Shown here: piece after piece, positions 59,355 through 64,000 of the stretch
How the letters are laid out: the number at the start of each line of letters is the position of its first letter
Position numbering within the stretch: the stretch's first letter is position 1
Source of the DNA: Bacteroides sp. CAG:545
GTDB lineage: Bacteria > Bacillota > Negativicutes > Acidaminococcales > Acidaminococcaceae
DNA length: 64,000 nucleotides
Direction: 5' to 3'
Assembly: GCA_963659725.1 (NCBI GenBank)
Contig: CAVKUS010000002.1
Span: forward strand, 31,494-95,493
Made by a program: the position numbers and the translations under genes
The notes under the pieces: generated by a model
What the model was told of the DNA's origin: nothing
What the model saw: the letters and a program-made list of their open reading frames with translations, nothing else
Database searches by the model: none

Positions 59355-61547
59355 TTAAATATCAAATTGAGCAGACAGCATGAAAGTTCTGGGGCTGGAC
59401 AAATGCAAGCCGGAACCATAAGCAATCCAATAATCTTTACCGGTCAGATTATAGCACATAGCACTCAATGTAACAGGCATTTTATTAATTTGTGTCTTGT
59501 AATTAACGCCTGCATCAAAAGTAGTATAAGAAGGAACTTCCCATTCAATCGCATTGCTTGCGGGGAAAATAGGAGTAGGACCAACATATACGGCTCTTGC
59601 CAAAATTGACAAATCATTATTCGGTTTATATTGTAAGCCGGCAACAGCGTTGAATCTCGGAATCCCGCCTACTCTGTAGCCATCATAGGTACCTTTATTG
59701 GTTCTTACTCTTTCTGTATCAAGATACATTAAACCGCCAAAAGCATTCCATTTATCTGCAATGGCTCCGTTGATAGACAGCTCAATACCCTTATACTCAT
59801 TTTCGCCGTCATTGGTAACCCAATACCAATCAGGCTTTTTATCGTCATATACGTTTAAGGTAGAGGACTCTCTGTTTTTAAACAAAGCCAGTGTAGCCAA
59901 GAAATTCTTGTTGCTGTATTTAACACCGATTTCGTCCATTTTTGTTTTAGACGGGTCTAAGATTTCATCTGCGTTATAAGCGTTTGCACCGCTTACTCTG
60001 CTGCCTGCATCAAAAAATTCGGAATGGCTGGCATAAATGGATACTTCATCGGTGGGCTGGTAAACAAAGCCGTAAGCAGGACAAACAGCGCTGGACTTAA
60101 CACTTGCTACCTTGCCAGATTTAGTCGGATCTGGATAGGTTACAGCATTGGATTCATGCTTATGCACGCCTAACATCATCTGAGCCTTGCCTAATTTCAT
60201 AGTATCTAACAGAGACACACCCCAGAAGGTTCTTGTACTGTTATGGAAATTACTAAAGGTAGGAATATTTACGCTCTCATTAGGATTAACGCCACCTGCC
60301 AAGGTACCGCCTAAGCCTTTGAAGTTAGTCAGGCCATAACCGCCGACAACACCGGTCCAGGACTTAGACCAGGATTTGTCAACTGCCAAAACCACATCAT
60401 GTTCAACCTCACCGGTTTTAAAAGTGTTCTCGATACCGGTCTGTACATAATATTTATGTCCAGGAGTTCTTCTGGTAAAATATTTGCCTGCATAATTGCC
60501 TGCATCATCAAGAATATATAAGCGGCTGCCTTGACCGGTAATATTTTTACGTAAATTGCTTCTTGTCCAACCGCCGTTAAAGAAGGCCTTGGTGCCGTGA
60601 CCGATTACCTGCTCATGGTTCAGTACCATCAATGCGCCTTCAGAGGCTTTGGTCATGCCGGGGAAGCTGTAATTGTTTTTGGAATTCGGAGCAGAGGGAA
60701 CATGAGTCAAAAGACCTTTTTTTACATTATTAGCATCAAAGCCAAACCATCTCATACCATCATCAACTTCATAATATTGATAACCGACAAGCAAATTAGA
60801 TTTGCTGTTAGCATCCTGATGATCGATGTTGGCAAAAATGCTGGAAGACTCTTTGCTGGCTTTATAATGACCGGGGTTACCATTTAAGATCTCTGTATTT
60901 ACTCTAACGCCCCATTCGTCATTCTTACCAAATCTTTTGCCGATATCCAGATATTCACCTAAGCCACTTTCACCGGAGAATACTTGTTTATATCTGAGCA
61001 CGGGCTTATCAAGTGCTTTTTTGGTATCGACGTTTACTACTGCAGCAACACCGGTGCCTTCACCTGTGGGGAAAGAGCCGGAAATAGCTTTATTCGGACC
61101 TTCTGTAACCTGAATACTCTCAGCCATAAAAGTCGGAACTAAAAACTGACCTAACATACCGGGAACACCATTCAGATAGAAGAAGGAACCATTGGTAGAT
61201 TTACCTCTTACAGAAAAATCGCCATGCAGCATGGTACCGGTCTGACGCACGGAAGGAATATTTACCAGAATATTATCCAAAGGCTGGTTCATACCGCCAA
61301 AGGTTTCCATAGCGTCAGCTGTAACATTGGTTTGAGAAAAAGGCACATCCATTACATTTTTATTGCCAATAATACCGACATTACCGGTTTTGGTAACCAT
61401 ACCACCCGGCAGTACATCTGCACTTCCCTCAACAATAACCTCTTCCAGATTACCATGCATAGTTTCTGCACTTGCGCTCATCACAAAGCCTATGCTTGCT
61501 ACTGCGCACAGCACTGACATTGCCAATGCTTTTTGGTTTTTCATCAT
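59355..61547 (-). CDS. TonB-dependent outer-membrane receptor
   Basis: From the ATG at 61547 (GAGGTG Shine-Dalgarno 7 nt upstream) the signal peptide is MMKNQKALAMSVLCAVASIGFVMSASA. A plug domain and beta-barrel follow, ending with an aromatic-containing C-terminus ...SAQFDI. The ORF-track start at 61697 runs into the riboswitch. Confidence 0.88.
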   Translation of the reverse strand: MMKNQKALAMSVLCAVASIGFVMSASAETMHGNLEEVIVEGSADVLPGGMVTKTGNVGIIGNKNVMDVPFSQTNVTADAMETFGGMNQPLDNILVNIPSVRQTGTMLHGDFSVRGKSTNGSFFYLNGVPGMLGQFLVPTFMAESIQVTEGPNKAISGSFPTGEGTGVAAVVNVDTKKALDKPVLRYKQVFSGESGLGEYLDIGKRFGKNDEWGVRVNTEILNGNPGHYKASKESSSIFANIDHQDANSKSNLLVGYQYYEVDDGMRWFGFDANNVKKGLLTHVPSAPNSKNNYSFPGMTKASEGALMVLNHEQVIGHGTKAFFNGGWTRSNLRKNITGQGSRLYILDDAGNYAGKYFTRRTPGHKYYVQTGIENTFKTGEVEHDVVLAVDKSWSKSWTGVVGGYGLTNFKGLGGTLAGGVNPNESVNIPTFSNFHNSTRTFWGVSLLDTMKLGKAQMMLGVHKHESNAVTYPDPTKSGKVASVKSSAVCPAYGFVYQPTDEVSIYASHSEFFDAGSRVSGANAYNADEILDPSKTKMDEIGVKYSNKNFLATLALFKNRESSTLNVYDDKKPDWYWVTNDGENEYKGIELSINGAIADKWNAFGGLMYLDTERVRTNKGTYDGYRVGGIPRFNAVAGLQYKPNNDLSILARAVYVGPTPIFPASNAIEWEVPSYTTFDAGVNYKTQINKMPVTLSAMCYNLTGKDYWIAYGSGLHLSSPRTFMLSAQFDI

Positions 61548-61659
61548 ACTCATACACCTCATCAAAAATTTATTTTCTAACCTTAGCTGCCGAGCTGTCC
61601 GAGTTTCGCATGCAACGACGGTTAAAAGCCATGTGTTGCGGGATTTGCGTTTTCCAGCA

Positions 61660-61895
61660 AGAAAAACGCCTTCCTGCAAAATTACAGAAAGGCGCACTCA
61701 TTCCCTAGTAGCCTCCTGTCACTCGCAGTACACTCCCGTTAACTTTTTCAGGCAATTCTTCTGGCTCAGTTTCTTCGCAAGTCTTGCCTTCCCGGTTTCC
61801 CAGTGACGTAATTAAGGCTTGCTCCACTTTACAGCTGCGTGACAGCGCAGGCTTCGCACCTGCTTATTTATTAAGTCTTTCGACACCTGATAGTT
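61660..61895 (-). promoter_or_regulatory. Cobalamin riboswitch with a terminator expression platform
   Basis: The minus strand reads ...aGGTGcgAAgCCtgcGCTGtcaCGCAgCTGTAAag...gtCACTGGgaaaCCGGGAAGGCaag...GAGCCAGAAGAATTGCCtg (a B12-box-like element at 61751-61767). A 10-bp terminator stem cgcctttctg/caggaaggcg plus ttttt lies at 61660-61695. Confidence 0.8.
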
Positions 61896-61946
61896 CAAGC
61901 ATTTTTTGTTTTTAATATTATATTTGTTACATTTTTATTTGTCAGA

Positions 61947-61975
61947 ATTATAACACATCTATATATTCATGTCAA
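61947..61975 (-). promoter_or_regulatory. Consensus sigma70-type promoter upstream of the riboswitch
   Basis: Minus strand reads TTGACA (61975-61970), a 17-nt spacer, then TATAAT (61952-61947). Confidence 0.7.
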
Positions 61976-62038
61976 GAAAGCCTACTGCTTGCGAAACTAT
62001 CCTGCAATAATCGGCTAATCACTTATAAGTCCACAAAA

Positions 62039-63595
62039 TTACTCATGCTCATTCATCAGCTCAACCTTACTCAAATCCACTCCATAAATTAAAGGCTTGT
62101 AGTTTTTCAAACGCTTATTGTAAGCAACAATATTCATATCGTTAAAAAGCGGAATAACAGGCTGTTCATAGCCAATAATGTCCTGCACCCTATCAAAAAC
62201 ACGCTGTCTTTCTTTCTCATCAGCTATATGCTTCACGTTATTCATTAAAGTAATAACCTCAGTATTTTTATAAGCAAAACGATTGCTTACATTCAACGCG
62301 CCATCAGGCATTACAAAGGGATATAAAGCACTGAAAGGATCACCATTTGCCAAGCCTCTTTGAGTTCGCACAATATTGAAATCACCCTTGCGCAACATTT
62401 TCGCCAATGTAGCATATTCTATCGACTTAATTTTTACATCCAAGCCAATTTCCTGCAACCAATAAGCAATAAGCTCCGCTTCACCCTTTTGCAAAGGCTC
62501 GCTGCCATTGATGCAATACGTAATTTCGCATCTATTATCGCCTAAGACCTCATGCGCTAATCTTTTTGCTTCCTGCAAATCATATATAACAGGCAAAACC
62601 TTATAACCGGGACTAGTGTAATTTAAGATATTAACCGTCGGCTCGGCATAATCCAAGTACATATTATGCACCAGATTTTTTCTGTCGATTGCAAGGCTTA
62701 CAGCTCTGCGCATACGAATATCATTAAAAGGGAACTTGGTACCGTTAAGTCCCAAATAACGAATCATTGTTGATTTATTTGTTCCGACCTTAAAGCGCGG
62801 ATCTTTTTTTATTTCCTCAGCCAAAAAGGGTGGTATAGCATTGATATCAATAACTCCGTCTATCTCTTCAGATTTCAGTGCAGCATAGCGTGTATCCGTA
62901 TTGGGAATCGTCCGCACAACATACTTAGCTATTCTGCCCTTTTCTCCCCAATAATTTTCATTTCGCTGAAGAACAACATATTTATTTAAAGCATTCTCTG
63001 TTATTTTATAAGGTCCCGTACCAATTGCAACACTCTTAAAATTGCCGTCTTCGGCAAAGCAGTCTGGTGCATAGATAGGACTGCCAAAATCAGTCATCTT
63101 ATACAGTTCATTGACATTTGCTTCTTTAAAAAGCAGACGAATAGTGTAGTCATCTATCTTTTCATATTTTATGAGAGTCGGATAATACGTTTCCATATTC
63201 AAGCCATAAAAAGAAGAACGCTTATAACCTTTCTTCATGCGATCGAAGTTGGCAATTACAGAATCCGCAGTAAATTTTGTGCCATTGTGAAAATACACAT
63301 CCTGACGCAGGTGAAAAATCCATTCTTTGCCGCCATCACGCATCTCCCAGCTTTGCGCCAAGCAAGGAGCCGGTCTGTTATCGGCATCCTTGGTAATAAG
63401 CGGCTCCCATACTCCCAGAACGCGACTGCAATACAATCCATCTTTGTTGCCGGGAGCAAGATGCCTGTAAGCTGCCAGAACAACAACATTCTTCTCACTG
63501 CTTTTATCTATATTCTTTTGTTCTTGCTTTTGATTCCCGCAGCCTGTTAATAATATAAACAAAAGCAGAAATATAATGCTTAAAATTTTTTTCAT
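62039..63595 (-). CDS. Family-5 solute-binding lipoprotein, orphan (copy 2)
   Basis: MKKILSIIFLLLFILLTGCGNQ contains a lipobox. The protein is a close paralog of 57753..59288 over its full length. Confidence 0.85.
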   Translation of the reverse strand: MKKILSIIFLLLFILLTGCGNQKQEQKNIDKSSEKNVVVLAAYRHLAPGNKDGLYCSRVLGVWEPLITKDADNRPAPCLAQSWEMRDGGKEWIFHLRQDVYFHNGTKFTADSVIANFDRMKKGYKRSSFYGLNMETYYPTLIKYEKIDDYTIRLLFKEANVNELYKMTDFGSPIYAPDCFAEDGNFKSVAIGTGPYKITENALNKYVVLQRNENYWGEKGRIAKYVVRTIPNTDTRYAALKSEEIDGVIDINAIPPFLAEEIKKDPRFKVGTNKSTMIRYLGLNGTKFPFNDIRMRRAVSLAIDRKNLVHNMYLDYAEPTVNILNYTSPGYKVLPVIYDLQEAKRLAHEVLGDNRCEITYCINGSEPLQKGEAELIAYWLQEIGLDVKIKSIEYATLAKMLRKGDFNIVRTQRGLANGDPFSALYPFVMPDGALNVSNRFAYKNTEVITLMNNVKHIADEKERQRVFDRVQDIIGYEQPVIPLFNDMNIVAYNKRLKNYKPLIYGVDLSKVELMNEHE

Positions 63596-63614
63596 AGCAG
63601 ACTTACCACCAATA

Positions 63615-63653
63615 CAATCAGAAGAAAAGAGGGCAGCTTAAACCACCCTCTTT
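63615..63653 (-). terminator. Intercistronic terminator-like hairpin (second module)
   Basis: On the minus strand, an 8-bp stem aaagaggg/ccctcttt is followed by tcttctg. It occupies the same position as the hairpin at 59306-59341. Confidence 0.5.
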
Positions 63654-63665
63654 ACAAATGAATTA

Positions 63666-64000
63666 TTAAATATCAAACTGCGCAGACAGCATAAAGGTTC
63701 TGGGAGCACCAAGAGCTACAGAAGTACCTCTGGAAATCCAGTAATTCTTGTCAAACGCATTGTAGCACATTGCATTCAAGGTTACCGGAACATGGTTGAT
63801 AGCAGTTTTATATTTTACGCCAAAATCAAAGGTCATGTAGTCAGGAGCTTTTACACCATTATCATTAACATGGGATTCACCAACGTAATTAGCTCTGCCG
63901 ATAAAGGAGGTGTTTTTATCTGCTTCATATTCAGCAGCTAAAACAGCATTCCACTTCGGAGTACCGGTAGCAAACTTGCCTTCCAGGTTTTCCTTACCCA
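63666..64000 (-). CDS. TonB-dependent receptor, C-terminal fragment. The gene continues beyond the window.
   Basis: Reverse translation ends ...MLSAQFDI*, the same C-terminus as the receptor at 59355..61547. The preceding beta-strand-like sequence is also similar. Confidence 0.8.
   Translation of the reverse strand, partial: GKENLEGKFATGTPKWNAVLAAEYEADKNTSFIGRANYVGESHVNDNGVKAPDYMTFDFGVKYKTAINHVPVTLNAMCYNAFDKNYWISRGTSVALGAPRTFMLSAQFDI

Overview
The window looks like a chromosomal segment from a diderm Firmicute, probably Negativicutes or Selenomonadales-like. The taxon is an inference from Firmicute-style T-box leaders and gene order occurring together with TonB-dependent outer-membrane receptors. 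About 60 protein genes are supported, most on the minus strand.

Gene content from left to right:
- a partial radical SAM gene
- the cell-shape cluster maf-radC-mreBCD-mrdA-rodA
- proBA, obg and gltBD
- an AT-rich single-gene insertion encoding a 1266-aa Upf1-like SF1 helicase
- a Leu T-box leader followed by leuCDB and azlCD
- hicAB
- an accessory stretch holding a permease, an arylamine N-acetyltransferase, cca, a C39-like peptidase, an MFS transporter, an unknown protein, an aminotransferase, an LMW-PTP, a DUF1016 nuclease, a Fic protein, a C_GCAxxG protein and a CoADR-rhodanese fusion
- a complete 10-gene aromatic amino acid operon with two tandem DAHP synthase genes
- a minus-strand operon with a cobalamin-riboswitch-like leader, containing a TonB-dependent receptor, an orphan family-5 binding lipoprotein, a NifD/K-type nitrogenase-like pair and a NifB-like radical SAM enzyme
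- upstream of that operon, a second receptor plus lipoprotein module

Most interesting items:
1. The B12-riboswitch / nitrogenase-like operon.
2. The orphan giant helicase.
3. A 46-codon Tyr/Phe-rich leader ORF plus terminator in front of the aro operon.
4. A dispersed and tandem intergenic repeat family with a GACGA(C/A)GGCGTAC core.
5. A roughly 0.6 kb structured leader of unknown class.

No rRNA, tRNA, CRISPR array or transposase was recognised. All functional calls rest on reading motifs by eye; no database search was run.
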